The notes: generated from the sequence alone by a model not told the origin. A DNA stretch of 64,000 bases from Phoronis australis (GCA_002633005.1 NMRA01000333.1:248001-312000); one strand, 5' to 3'. Positions 12,827 through 27,000 are shown, counted from the first letter of the stretch. Numbers and translations: made by a program.

Positions 12827-13897
12827 ATGGGCGTCGTAGAGGAAACGTCGGATACGGAGTTAATTCGCGTTGCATTTTGCAGGAATTTGCAAATATCAGG
12901 AACCATTCTAGACTCACTGGCGATCATTGCTAATTTGTTCGCCCTTCTCGTACTCGCATCAGTCAAACACAAGAAATCGCAAATCATATTTCTATTCAGT
13001 CTTGCCATGTCAAACCTGATTTATCCTGTAGCAGACATGGCTTTCATGTTTACCTTGGAATTTGAGTGCAAAGGAGAATACAGGAATGGTTCGTTTAACC
13101 ATCACCCAGAGTGGAATACAACAACCAATATCATAGGCTACATGAGTCTAAAAAGCATTCATGACACTGCTGTCTCGGCTACACTATATATATCATTTGC
13201 AATGACTATGGACCGTCTGGTGGCCATTTTGAAACCGCTTCGTTATGGACAAATTGTCACAAAGCGCAAGATTTACCTAACAACAGCGATTTGCTGGTGT
13301 CTCGCCCTGTTGGGCTTTCTCTCAATGATACAGACCATCACCACAGGACCTCTGCCGACATGGGAGGACAGATATATCCCTTTCATTAAAGCATATTCAA
13401 TATTTACGTACACTTTCACATTTTTTCTTCTACTTATTCTCATCATCACCTACTCATACCTATTTCGTCAAATCCGAAAAGCACATAGTTTTGCCAAAGC
13501 AACCAATCAAAACATTCATGACAAATACAAGGGAACTGTCACAGTGTTCATTATCGTCTGCTCATTTGCCGTCTGCTGGATTCCAGCAAATGTGTTCGAT
13601 ATTTACCACTACTCCATGTCCCAGGAGGAAATTCGTAAAAACTACCAAACCATTGCCACGATCTACTTGGTTTTGCGATCAATATTTCGCCTGAACGCCA
13701 TATTGGATCCCATTACCTACGTGAGTCTTAACAAGCATATTCGGCAATCAACATTGTTCAAGTTGTTTTGGAAAGAGCTCGGTAAGGACACAACACAGCT
13801 GTCGTATGAATATAAATATGTCCGAGGTGATACCTCACAGCATGAGGTTGTCAAAGGCAGCTTTAAAGAAAAGACGTGTCGCCGTGACTACGTGTGA
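12827..13897 (+). CDS. Class A (rhodopsin-like) GPCR, orphan, intronless ORF, 356 aa
   Basis: Seven hydrophobic segments with IIANL (TM1), LAMSNL (TM2), MDRL..PLRY (TM3/ICL2), W4.50, FAVCWIP (TM6), NAILDPITY (TM7); GCGATGG start context. Confidence 0.93.
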   Translation: MGVVEETSDTELIRVAFCRNLQISGTILDSLAIIANLFALLVLASVKHKKSQIIFLFSLAMSNLIYPVADMAFMFTLEFECKGEYRNGSFNHHPEWNTTTNIIGYMSLKSIHDTAVSATLYISFAMTMDRLVAILKPLRYGQIVTKRKIYLTTAICWCLALLGFLSMIQTITTGPLPTWEDRYIPFIKAYSIFTYTFTFFLLLILIITYSYLFRQIRKAHSFAKATNQNIHDKYKGTVTVFIIVCSFAVCWIPANVFDIYHYSMSQEEIRKNYQTIATIYLVLRSIFRLNAILDPITYVSLNKHIRQSTLFKLFWKELGKDTTQLSYEYKYVRGDTSQHEVVKGSFKEKTCRRDYV

Positions 13898-16800
13898 CTA
13901 CTCAAGAAGAAAATGATATTTCAGGAAAAAATTCCAATTCGAGGAGTTTTTAAAACCACTATTGGAAAACTTCATAATCTTTATTGTGATAAACAATTGC
14001 AGTTTGAACGCTGCGTGATTGTGTTGTGAGCTTTTGTCAATCAATGCATGAATGTAGCATGTGACTTACGTTAGATGTGAAAGTAGCGCACTCTGTAGCT
14101 GACATATCGTGCACATGTGACACTGCTAACCTCCATATTGATAAATAACAAATTTGAATTCAACCATTGTTGTGAATGATTTCAGCTAGACAATTGCGCT
14201 GTCGATAACCGTGTTGAACAACTCAAAATTCATATACGTCATGAGTTTTGTGCCTCAATAAACAAATCAGGGTATTTCATCTATGGTGCTGCAGCAAATT
14301 TCTGAATGTATTGCGGGCAGCAGTGGGCTCGTAAACAATACGACGAAAAGCAACACTTGTCACATAAAATCTGCCAAATAGATAGCACAAATTATAAACC
14401 AAGTCACAGGTCCACAAATTATCTGTGATTTCACCCGATGTTTACAAGACGACAACAATTCCATAACGCATTTAAAAAATGACAGCAGCGCTGTAGACGA
14501 AATCCTTCCAAACTGAAACAAGTTTTTGGATGAAAGGGCGTTGGATTTTTATGACTGGAATGCTTGTTTAAGTATCCCTAATGCAACACAGCATGGGGTC
14601 ATTCAGCCTTGAATTTCCTTTTGTTGAAATGACAATGAACAAATTTAATCTCAAAAATTTAATTTCATTACTAATCGTCTACTAGTGTCAATCTATCATA
14701 CTTTGCAGGAAGATAAATTTAAACAATCCCTAGGATTCATTGTGTGACTTAGGTCGTAAAAGATTCTGTAATAGGATTTTTACTTCAGTCCTGATAAATA
14801 CCATAGAACATGTGGACACACTCTGGTCACAATGTTGCATGATGCAACGTGCATAACAGCTTGTCATCTAAACCAGGAAAACAAGAGTTGACACACATTA
14901 AGAGGAATTTGCAGGCTAATTCCTTATCTCAGTGATTACTTGGTCAAATTAGTTAAAAACACAAGATATAGCAACGATGTGAATATGAAGTAGATTGAAA
15001 ATTGCCAAATGTTTTTAAGAACGAATTTCATGACGAAATTGATCCACCACAAATCACTGGATCGTGTCCAGTGAGTGCCGTTACGTGGTGCTGGGGAATA
15101 ACACTGCATGATGTGAGCCCGCGAGGTACGTCATTAGTGCAAAGGTCACCTATATTGCAGAATTTTTTGTTTTCACATTTACAAACTGTTAATGAATACA
15201 ACTGCACTATGTTTAGCGTAGATAATGTTAAAATAGCAATGTCGTTTAGTTCCTGCTATACATTAGCATACTTTGGAGCATGCAAATACAACTTTAAGAA
15301 AGATGGTGCTTTTAAGTCTGTTCGGTCAAAAAAGCAAGTGATTCTGGTCTAGAGCTTCTTAAAAATTAAAACCTTGTTTTCAAGTGTCAGTGGGGATTTT
15401 AAAAAAAATGATAAGGGCGGGTGCTATTTTATTGAGGCAAAAGTTTCAAAATGAGTCTGTGCGCATATCAGAACCAGCTCATTTGTTTGTTTTGGACTTA
15501 CTATAATGAATGTGACAATCATGTGCATCATTGTTTGTTTTGTATTAACACTATGACGTAAACCAGACATCATATTAATTAAAGTAGAAAAATCCGGGGT
15601 TCATTGCGTTGCTTAACAAAATTACAGCTTGCAAAGACTTCGCAAAAATTCTGCAATTTGGGACAGCCTCTAGAATTTGGGTCTTGGAAACTCGTGCAAA
15701 AAATGACTTCTCTTGATTCTGAAATTTGGGACTAGGGCGATTTTGGCATTCACCTTATTTTTGAAATTTTGGACAATATGCTTTCAATCTACAAAGTGCT
15801 GGTAATTTTGCTGTCTTTCTGGTGATTCTTGAATTTAGGGCTGTTAATGCAGCTTAGTCTAGAATTTGGGGCAACCTCTGCCTTGAGCAATTTCACTATG
15901 TACCAAATTGGAGATTTTTTACTGTAACAAGCAAAACTTCAGAATTAAACAAAAACAAAGTTTTCCCTGTTGCTCAGCTCGTGCTGTATCACTACAGTCC
16001 TCAATCACTATGGCAACGCTTTCCACTTGTTTTCAGAACCAATTTAGTATGATATTCTTACAACGCATTATTAAATGTTTACAAAATAACCAGAATTAAA
16101 AATGGAATTTTCAAACTAATTTATGAATTTACAAAACGGGCACCACCGTCTGAACGACAACAAACTTTCTTTTTCATAAATGGTCAGTAAAAACATGCAG
16201 GACTGTAATTTTAAGAATCTTCTTATTTCACTGGTAATTTTCAATTGATGAATTTCTAACGTGTGTTCTAAACTAGCGAAATAACGGAATCAGAGAATTT
16301 ACAGCAGACATTGAAGTGAAGAGAGACATACAGACAGCTTCACTTTCATCCATGCACACGCATAGAGGGAATTAATCATCTCTCAGCTGACGTCAATAGT
16401 TACGCTTCATTCCACAAAGGGGTGGACAATACCGCAGAGTGATCGACAAAATTATGTCCGTAGACTACCCAAGCATTCCATCACAAAGTAATTGAGACCA
16501 CCACAACTGTTGAATTTTCCCCATTGGGAACGCAGCTTCAAAGATTTTATGGTGATGTGAGTTGAACTGTAATCAGTACTTTGCTAAATGGTTAGGTTGA
16601 GAAAGTTTGCCTTGCCACCAAACAGGAAGTGAGGAGAGCACCTTTGAAAATTGAGAAGCGCTACGCCTTTAGATTCTTATTTCAATCATAATATCCCCCG
16701 TCTACATTGTGTTTACTTCCTCCCAATGTAAAAACATTTGATTTTAAGATTATGTGGGTCCTTATCAATAAGTTTGTGTATCTACGTAAATAACCACAAA

Positions 16801-17856
16801 ACTATAGATTTTAACCCAGTAAAAGTATATTTCCAAAAGGAGGAAGGTTGCAGGATTCGATTTGACGTTTTACAAATCTGACATCAATTGGGTCATGCAT
16901 TTTTTAGTAAAATTTAGCAAATAGGGAAGGTACATAGATTGCAGAACGATGGTATCAAAATCATGACCAAATTTTGTCTAAATATATTGTTTAAGATGAA
17001 ATCTCAAAAAACACTAAACATTACAGTTTTCTAAATTCATCTCTTCGTTTTCATTTCATACATGTCACAAAAAACGTAAAAGTTCTATTTCTGATCGCCC
17101 CTCATGCAAAAGTGAATAATTTAAAAAAGCAATTCCTCATAGCATAAATTATGGTGCCAGAAAATCTCGTATAAATCCCATCAGTCATTTCTGGGATATG
17201 ATGCTCCAAAATTTGCGAAATGTGGCAACTTTTCGAGGGCCCTACATGACCTTAATTAGTCACCTAAACACAACAATTTATCATATCTCATTCCTTATCC
17301 AGATAAGAAATTATTTCCAAATAGTAAGGACTAACAGTAATTGCTAAGACAGGATTTAATGAGATGGTAATATCAGCTTATTTGTATAATTACAAAACAG
17401 CCTATATGAAATCAAATTAAATAATTGAAATTCTATCTGAACATTTATTAATTACAAACCCCTCAACCCCCCGACAATCTATCTGAAAATGAATTACAGA
17501 CCTGACATTCTACGTAAATATTAATTGCAAAACGACACCCTACCTGGAAATCTTTCCCCAAAACCACCGATCATTCTCTGAAACTCATTTCTGAGACACT
17601 ACAACATTACACATTTGAGGGAGAGTTAGAAATCTAATACCTGACAAAAATCCGTCTACAGTTTCATTCTCATGATGAACACTAGTTGGTTTTCAGATCT
17701 TTGTGAAATCACCATTGCCTCATTATGACTGAACCCGATAATAATGAAGACAAAGTAAATGAGAGCGCCTGAAAGAGGCTATAGGATGCGACACTCATAG
17801 AACAGGCTAGTTAACTTACTGGCTGCAAATAAACTTTGTTATTTTCATTGGCTTAC

Positions 17857-18018
17857 CCTCATATTTGTCCCACACACTTCTCTTCCTCCCTTTACCACCC
17901 CCTCTCTTCTTGTGCACCTCTTTCTTATCCTGTATCAACCCCAGCTCTAGGAGTTTCTTAGAAACCACCTGCTTAGAGCGCGGAGTGGTCAGTCGGCTTG
18001 TGATGTCACCAAGGGGAT
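17857..18018 (-). CDS. TIMELESS: TIMELESS coding exon 22 (last found)
   Basis: [39 protein letters not shown]...; ends at a strong GTAAG donor with no stop. Confidence 0.9.
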
Positions 18019-21000
18019 CTAAAGAAATATAAATAGATTTAGGAGAATGTCGAGAAATGTTCCGACATCAAGAGCACCAAATGGCAATAAAGGTCAGAGC
18101 AGATGGAGAGCTACACACCTTGAATGGAAATGATCTCAGGTCACGTGTTCACCAATGAACTGTGAGGATTTTGTCTCGCAAGATGGTGAGGCGAATGTCT
18201 CATTTGTTGGATTTTTTTTGTCGCGCATGAGGTGAGTGAATGGCTTAGCCGATTACCTTTTGTAGACAACGAAAATTAATTAATGCATCACCGGAAAACA
18301 ACAAATCCTTCTCGCTCCGCCATTGTAATCATTTACTACTTTAATTTTGTTTACAAAATACATCGAAAATTTCAATCGAGGCACACAGCTCAGATGTGAG
18401 CGTTTTGTCTGTGATGGCACTCAGTACCAATAACTACAGTTTGGGAGACTTACTCTTTACTAGGTGGGAATATCTGAATACAAAGACACTCAGTTTACCA
18501 GCATGAGGGAAATCGGGCAATAAACATCCCACATAGCTGCTGGATTGCATGCATTTTCAGGCACTGCCAGCGCCACCTAGTGAATTTTGTGCTTTTTATT
18601 GTTTGAGAATGCGTGATTTCCCTTGGGAAACTTAGCACAACCTAGAAAAACGTTGAAAACTTGAGACTTCATGAACCATGTTACTGACATTATTTGCCAT
18701 AAATGTACTAATTCTTATTTTATGCGCCAAGCTGTGAACTTTTTAAGTCTACAAAATGAGTTAGCATGAAGCGTTGTGTAATCAATAAAAAATGAGATTT
18801 TCTATTGACGTCAGTAGCCCTGCAAAAACTGTATTTTTCAAAAAATATAACCAACATGATCTAGGACCAAACATGTTCAGCTCACTCATTCCCTAATAAT
18901 GGTTTACATATAATCACCTTGTTTCTTTCCTGACTTCCAAAACACATACATAAAGTCTGTCAAGCCTCATCACTTATTTATGAGAACTATGACTACAGGA
19001 GAGTGAGGCTCCCAGATGACCTACCATTACTGCCACGGTATTGGTCAAACAACTGCCTCAGCTCCAGCTCTTCTTCTTCTCTCCACGCAAGACTTGGGCG
19101 AGACGACCTGTCATAATAAACCAACACAAGTTTTGAAACTTTAAGACAACAACTTGGGTGAGACGACCTGTCATAATAAAGCAACACAAGTTTTGAAACT
19201 TTAAGACAACAACTTGGGCGAGACGACCTGTCATAATAAAGCAACACAAGTTTTGAAACTTTAAGACAACAACTTGGGCGAGACGAACAGTCATAATAAA
19301 CCAAAACAAATTTTCAAACTTTTTAAGACAACGACTTGGGTGAGACAACCTGTCATAATAAACCATCGCAAGTCACTGTCACCAACTAAGATCACTGAAT
19401 AAATTTATTCAACAATCGTAATATTTGATATAACACAAAAATGTAAACATTATAGAAGTGACAGCCTTGTGTGTATTTCTTTTTAATAAAATTTTCCACA
19501 GGCTAAAAAACGTGCAGGTATTTTGTTTGTGCAACACAGAAAATTCAAAGCAAGGGCAACAAACAGTATGGTTCTGAGGTGCTATTGTAATATATAAAAT
19601 AAACAAGAGCAACGCAGAGCGTTGAAATGCGCCCACAATTGCACCGTACACGGTATCCTTCAAAGGTTGTTTATTGGTACCACAAAGTGGCCAGTAGAGG
19701 GCATATATGTAGTATGTTGTACTTTGCAAAATGGAAAGGCATTGTCATTGTCTCCTCAATAGGCTAGGGGAAAAATGTGAGTGATCTTCATAATACAAGC
19801 ACATCCTATACATCAGTTGCTTAAAGCACCACAGAAACATAGAATTAAAAACAAATTTACTAACATACGAGATTAGCACAGCATTAGAATGCCAGAAACA
19901 AATTTCTATTTGGAACTTTTCCTTCATAGTCACGAAGTAACACAAAGTATACACCTGAAGACCTGTGAAAATACAGAGGTCAATGTAAAATACTTAAATT
20001 GCCACTAGAGGCATACCGGTAGTCAGAATTATCCTAAAGTCGTCATCGCCCGTTGTCAACATCACATCAATACACTTGCTAAATTTAGTAAAGATCCTGC
20101 AAACGGTTTGGGAGATACAGCCATGGGCGCCAAAAACAACTGCCACTAGGAGGCGCCACAGTAATCAAAGTCATGGGAAATTCAGCGTCAACCATCCTCT
20201 TCATAGTAAGAACATACATGCCAATTTTCACAATCATCCTTTGAGCGGTTTGGTTGATAGAGGGGTGGACGCAAAAATACAGACTCGAAAACAGTAAAAA
20301 TGGCCACTAGGTGGCGCAAACCATGTCGAATCCATCTGAAAATGGGAGGATAGCGTCATCTCACTAATAGGTGCCTACACACCAAATTTCATGAAAATCC
20401 GTTCAGGACTTTTGAAGATACAAAGGTAAGCGTAAAAAACTAAAATTGCCACAGGGGGCACACCGGTAGTCGGATCCGTCCGAAAGTCGTCATGTTCTGT
20501 TGCTAACATCATATAAATATACTTACATAATTTCGTAAAGATCCTGCGAACGGTTTAGATGCAGCCATAGGCGGGGAAAAAAAACTGCCACTAGGGGGCG
20601 CCACAGTACTTGAAATCATCGGAAAGTCATCGTCAACCGTCCTCTACATAGTAAGCATATACATGCCAATTTTCACAATCATCCTTTGAGCGGTTTGGTT
20701 GATAGAGGGGTGGACGCACAAAAACAGACTCGAAAACACTAAAAATGGCCACTAGGTGGCGCAAACTATGTCGAATCCATCTGAAAATGAGAGGATAGCG
20801 TCATCTCACTAATAGGTGCCTACATACCAAATTTCATGAAAATCCGTTCAATACTTTTGAAGATACAAAGATAAGCGTAAAAAACTAAAATTGCCACTAC
20901 GGGGCACACCGGTAGTCGGATCCGTCGGAAAGTTCGCACATGCCGTCCCATTCATAAATGGAACATATGTGCCGAATTTCATGAACGTATGTCAAAGGGT

Positions 21001-24000
21001 TTTGGAGATAGAGCAGCGGACGCCGGACGCATAAAAAGCCACTAGGGGGTGCAACATAGTCTTGTCAAGAAAAACTTATGGCAAAATTTTGTGAACTTGG
21101 TAGACGACCATGATAGAGAAACTTAATTATCAAATTTCATGAAAATCTGTCAAAAATCTCGGTAGATATAAACGCTAACATAAAAACTAAAATTGCAACT
21201 AGGGGACACAGCAGTAGTCAAATCTGCCCAAAAATTTGTTCATGCCATCCCATACATGACAGGAATATGCAGGAAATTAACTGAAGGCAAATGAGTCTCA
21301 AGTTCCACGTAGTGCTAATTAGGTGAAGCCAAAATCACAAACTTCAAACTAGAATCTCTATAATCAACTTAGTGATGGTGAACCGCATCACTGAAGCAAT
21401 CAACCAATGAACTGCATTCAGTCAATTGTTTTATTACATGCATAATTAGGAGCTGCGTTAACTTGCCATATAAAAACTAATAAGTATCCGCTTCAAAACA
21501 TGAACCATAGCAATAGTATTCGAAGATGGCACTGCAAAAGGTTTTAAAAATTTCATCGATCCTTGCACTTACATCAGGATTGGGAACGAATTTCAATTTT
21601 TATTTTAATTTTCGTTCAACAAAACCTTGGACAAGACTATTAAGCCATAATTTAGAATTAAACATGTATTTGATATGGAAATTTGGAAGATTCCACAAAA
21701 CTTGCCACAAGCATCAAGCACAGGCCAAGACCGTACATCAGGCCTTTATGCAGCGTATGTCCCGGGCGTCCAAATGGACGCCCTAGCACTAATGTGGCCG
21801 CCCTAGAAAGGACGCCCAATGTATCATTTGGACGCCCAATGTATCATTTGGACACCCACTATCAATAGGAACCTTTCAAGTTTGGATACACACATTGTAA
21901 TGATTACTAGGAAGCCTATGAAGACTCACAGTGGGGGCTCTTTTTTCAAAGCAGGAAGAAATATACAATGTATATACAAAGTATATACAATGTTGCTATG
22001 CTCACACTTGGTTGAAAACATTGTAAAAGTCTTGGTCTCCACAGTTTTTTTAAAATAAAAATGCTCACTACAGAAGGCTGTTTTATAAACTTAGATGTAG
22101 AAACCTTGGTCTATGCATTTTTTTGTAAAAAAAAATCTGCGTGTTTGGGGGGATTGCTGGGGGTGGGGGGTTATGCGTCGGAATCATGGACGCCCTGGAA
22201 TATGGGGAACCGCATTTTGGACACCCTATTTTCGAAATCCTGGATAAAGGCCTGCCGTACATAGGAAGACAGATAAGATTCCTTATAAAGTACTAGATCT
22301 GCAGACTTGCAGGTTTTCTAAACCGTGTTAAAATACGATATTCAAATACACGAAAAATCACAAAATAACATTCTCACTTTTTGTCGTAATGATGATCTTT
22401 TGACGAGAAAATTTAAATTCTCAACGGAAATATGAAGCAGAAATACATGCTACCTATGGGTCATTTATTGCAAAAAAATGAATTTTAAAAAAATCCCATG
22501 CGCAGGCAAGTTTTAGTGAGGGCTGTTCTAGCAAAAACATATAGGAGGGGGGGCAGACACTTTCATTTTTTACCCACCGCCCATATTTTTCTTTAAAATT
22601 TATTTCTCCAACCCACGACCCGTAATTATAATATATATATAAAATGAAACCGCCAATCAATTTTTATTTCAATTGCCATCCCCCCTCCCATACAGACTTT
22701 GCTGGAACAGCCCTGAGCAACTTTGTGACATGTGTCATGTAGTCCGCGATTTCCTGTCTACCCATATCTCTAAACAATCCCCCATGGCACAATGGATAAG
22801 TATGTTTTGCACAGTACAATAATTGTACTGGTGTTATTTATAATTCCTTATTTATGATATGCAAACATTAATGCTGCCACTTGAACTCTGACTTCATATC
22901 GGTTCAAATACATTAAAATACCATGAATCTCAACATAATACCACGGATAAAATATGAATAACATCCCACAAAGAACTGAACAAAATGAAATGGTCATTCC
23001 CGACATGACAGAGTAGTGCAAGCTGAATGCAGAGCTGAAACAGCTGGAATGACCGGTCATTCCACGTCTTGACGAAGCAATGGTATTTTGGTTAATTATA
23101 TTTGGCATGCGCTGTACCATGATGTTATCAAAACAATTACGGGGTGTTTGAGAAAGATGTGCCCAATTAGAAATGGTAATAATTTTGATATTTTATTTGT
23201 GTTACAAAGGCTTCATGCGAAAAGCAAATTGAGCAATTTATAACACAACTTAAAGATTGTTTTCTTAAAAACCTATTATATGTAATGCTTAATTATTTTC
23301 AATAAAATACATGTTGCTTTATGTTTTTATATAGTCAGAAACCACCAAAAATTTCTCAAAATTAGACAAAAAATGACATCAAATGACATCTACTAGAAAC
23401 GTGTGGTATTATTGGTTGATTTGTAAATCAAGCTTTCATAAAACCTTGGTCTAGAACTTGACAAAATCTAATCAAGCAGTACTTACGTTTTCTTTTTGGT
23501 CAGTTCCGCGGCATTACTAGCCAGATTCAAATTTACGAGTTGTCGAACCACCTGCCTTCGTGTCTTGTTCTTGTCAGACAGATGGTCCAGAATCTTGTCC
23601 ACTACATCCTTCTCAGGGTCTGAAAGCAGACGTGCAGTAGAAATAACCAAACATTAATCAACAGGGGAGACAAATCAGAAATAGTTGAATTTAGTGATAC
23701 AAAGGACACACTAACTGAAATATCAACAACGGAGACAACTCAGCTTGTCTGCAATTTATTCAGTAATTATAATAAGTACATTTACCAATCAGTTGTCCAG
23801 GTTAACTTGAACATTAAATATTTTCCTTATTACCGAGTGCAGACCAACATCATTAAATGACATAACTTTTTTTATTAAATCATGAACTTAAAATTTTAGT
23901 GCTTTACTTCAACTGTATTGAACAACAAGACGTGTTTCTGAATATCTTACCTTCCTCATCATTTTTAAACTCTTCAAACAGTCGTGTTAACTCCATGTCA

Positions 24001-27000
24001 AGTTCTTCAGACCACTGCTGTTTAGTTTTCTTAACACTGCAAACAGCACGGAATAACGACAGGTCAGCCAGAGGAAGTTAGAAACAGATCATTATTAACA
24101 AGTGCCTATAGTAAATAAGGCTCCAATGACAAAAACGCTCTTCCGAGGAAAAAGCGGATAATTTAATAAGACAGAGACAAAAGCAACATTAATCCACTAG
24201 TATCTTCAAAACTTTGTAAGTTGGATATAGTCAAATTATAAGTGATCCAACTGGACATACCGCAATAAAACTTTAAATTTTGGTGAATGTCCGCTTAGTC
24301 ATAATTTGATTATATACCTGGATGAAACACAATTTACAGAAGCTTACTTGTAAGTTGTCATTTAAAAAAACAAAAGTCTCGAACGCACAAACACAAAAAT
24401 CTCCATAACTTCTTCCTAGAAGTGTCGTAATTCGACAAACCATTGCTATGGCAACATGACACCTGCTGCAATGCACACATCAAATCACACCTTTCAACAA
24501 GCTGCAAAAACTACGATTATTGAAAAGAAATTTGTCAAACTTCCATTACTTCATAAGAACTAGGAAATTTGTTAAATAATTTGTTACATAACAGACAGAC
24601 AGAGAGAATGACTGAGAACAGTTCTCTAACTGTCATCATACAGCACACTCCAAAGATAAACAAACAAACAAAATCCTGCTTTCCTGTTAGGATGTGTAAT
24701 TACCAGTTTAGAAATGCATCATAACGAGAAAACTGGATGTTGCTAATTTTGTTTAAGCTAGTTATTCCAGCCATTCTGACAGTGAACTCTACTAATTACA
24801 CTTGACCTTTACAACAGGTAATTATGGGTAATTTTGTTTGATAATTTTTGGTATGTACTGTAGTTAGAGGGTTTGAACTTAATCCTGTTTTTCAATTCCA
24901 AACAAAAGAATGCCTTAAGCTCTGCAAATTTTTAAACTTCAAATGAAATGAAAGACAGACTATAGAACATCCCAATCCAAAGAGCAGGTCCAAAACCACA
25001 TACTGTTCCTTGTACGACCCATAGCCCTCAGACAATTCTATGCACTCTTTGACATTCTTCCAAAACAACACTTCCATGAACGCCTTTGGGTTGTCCTTAG
25101 TGACCTCAAAGAACTTTCGCACCACATACATGGAAAACTGCACTAGTTCCTAAAATAAAACAACACAATTCTCACTAACAGATAGTTTTGGGGACAGCTA
25201 TTGGTCTGCAAGCTTCAAAAAATATAGAAAAAAGCATGATCCTCCTTTCACATTGAAACTGAAAAACAAAACAAGGCCATTTCTGATAATCTCAAGACAT
25301 TGGCTTTAAAAAAACTATAAAATCAAATAAAACAGCCAATCTTAGGGAGAAATACAATAAAACACAATAGACGGTACATTCAAAATGATGTTTTTACCTA
25401 GAATGATGTTTAACAATAGGGATGGATAGTGATCGCATCTACTTTGGATTTATTGAGACATATACACATGGCCATAGGCCCCAAGTATATCATGTACAAT
25501 ACAGAACATTGTTAGGTGCCACGTTTCAAACTGGATGATACATTATGACGCTTGAGAACGTGATGGACGAATTTAATAAGTAGGCTATCTGGAGTTCTCG
25601 TGAGAGAATCAAATTTAGATGTCGTAGGAGAATGACAAAAACGATCACTTAGGTACTTAACCCAAAGGTCTTGGTACGCACTACAAACTAACACAACGTG
25701 GTATTCGTCCTCTGCACACCCCGAATTTTTTTTTTTGATTACATCACATCCCTAGCAACTCAATATGTAGGCACATAAAAATGCATCTTTTTGAAAACAA
25801 GAGTAACGTTAAGCATTGAATGCCGCAGGTGAAACACAGTATTTATCTATTAGTATCATGCAATATACAAAATGAAAAGGCTACTAGGTGGCGCATGATA
25901 AATCAAATCCGTGTGAAACAAGACAAAGTGTTGGTGTGTCCTCGATAGAAATGTATTTGCAAATTTCATGTACAATTACCAACTATGGAGCTTAGTAGAT
26001 ACCAAGCCATACACAAAGAAAACATTGACACAAGGAGACACCACAGTACTCCTCCCAGAATCACCATCAGACATATTCTACTTGTAACTATTGATCAAGC
26101 TTGAAAAATGTTCTCCAATCTCAAATACTTTGTGTAGTGGTTCTTTTTGGGACCTAAATAATGGTTTGAGCAAAGGTTATTCAACCATTATGGTCATTTT
26201 AGTGATGTGGGAGCAAGGTCCTACTGTCAAGTGAATTTAATGTGCTTCTAAATTACAAACTCAAGCACCCTTAATGATTCTTCGACATGTTTACTGTTAA
26301 TAAATTGACCAATTGATTACGATATCAATCTCTTTAATAGTCTTAAGACAATAACTGAAACAATCACGACAGCCCATTTTAATCAATTGCGGGCAATAAC
26401 TCACTTTAAATGCAGACGACTTTGTCACAGGATCAAACAAGATGCGTTGAAATATGCGAAAGATGGACGCCTGGGCCAGCATTACAGGCATCTTTAAGTC
26501 CACAGCTATGCGATGTAACATTTTGATGATACAGTGATTGGTGTATGTTGAGTTCTTGCGGTAATCGGCCAAAAGTAGTGCATACGGCGCAATAATCAAG
26601 GGACTGGCAAACCTGCAATGAATCAGTTTTCAAAAGCAATTACCAAAATTTATGGACATTTGTCAAGCTTCGTTGAAGTTAAGGCAAAAATACAGATTTG
26701 ACAGCTGTAATTCATTGAAAACTAGCTGAATTTTTTGCAGTGAAATTTCAACTATTTCCGTTGAAAAAAATTTCATCACCTTTTTTTGAAAACCACTGTA
26801 TGCTTACATCAAATAGCACCATTATTGATTCCAACATCTACTTTTGTCACGAGCAGACGGAAAACTTTAAAACTCTAGAGACATGTAACTGATGGTAAGA
26901 TATGCAAGTTCTTTCTTTAACAAAACAGAGCTGCATTCCTCACCATCTCCAATACAAATTATATCAGCTCTCTTGCAAAGAGGACCCCTCCAACACCTAC

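Noticed and set aside
17668-17776. Possible C/D box snoRNA (ATGATGA...CTGA)
   Set aside because: No convincing terminal stem, antisense to the host intron, no recognisable guide
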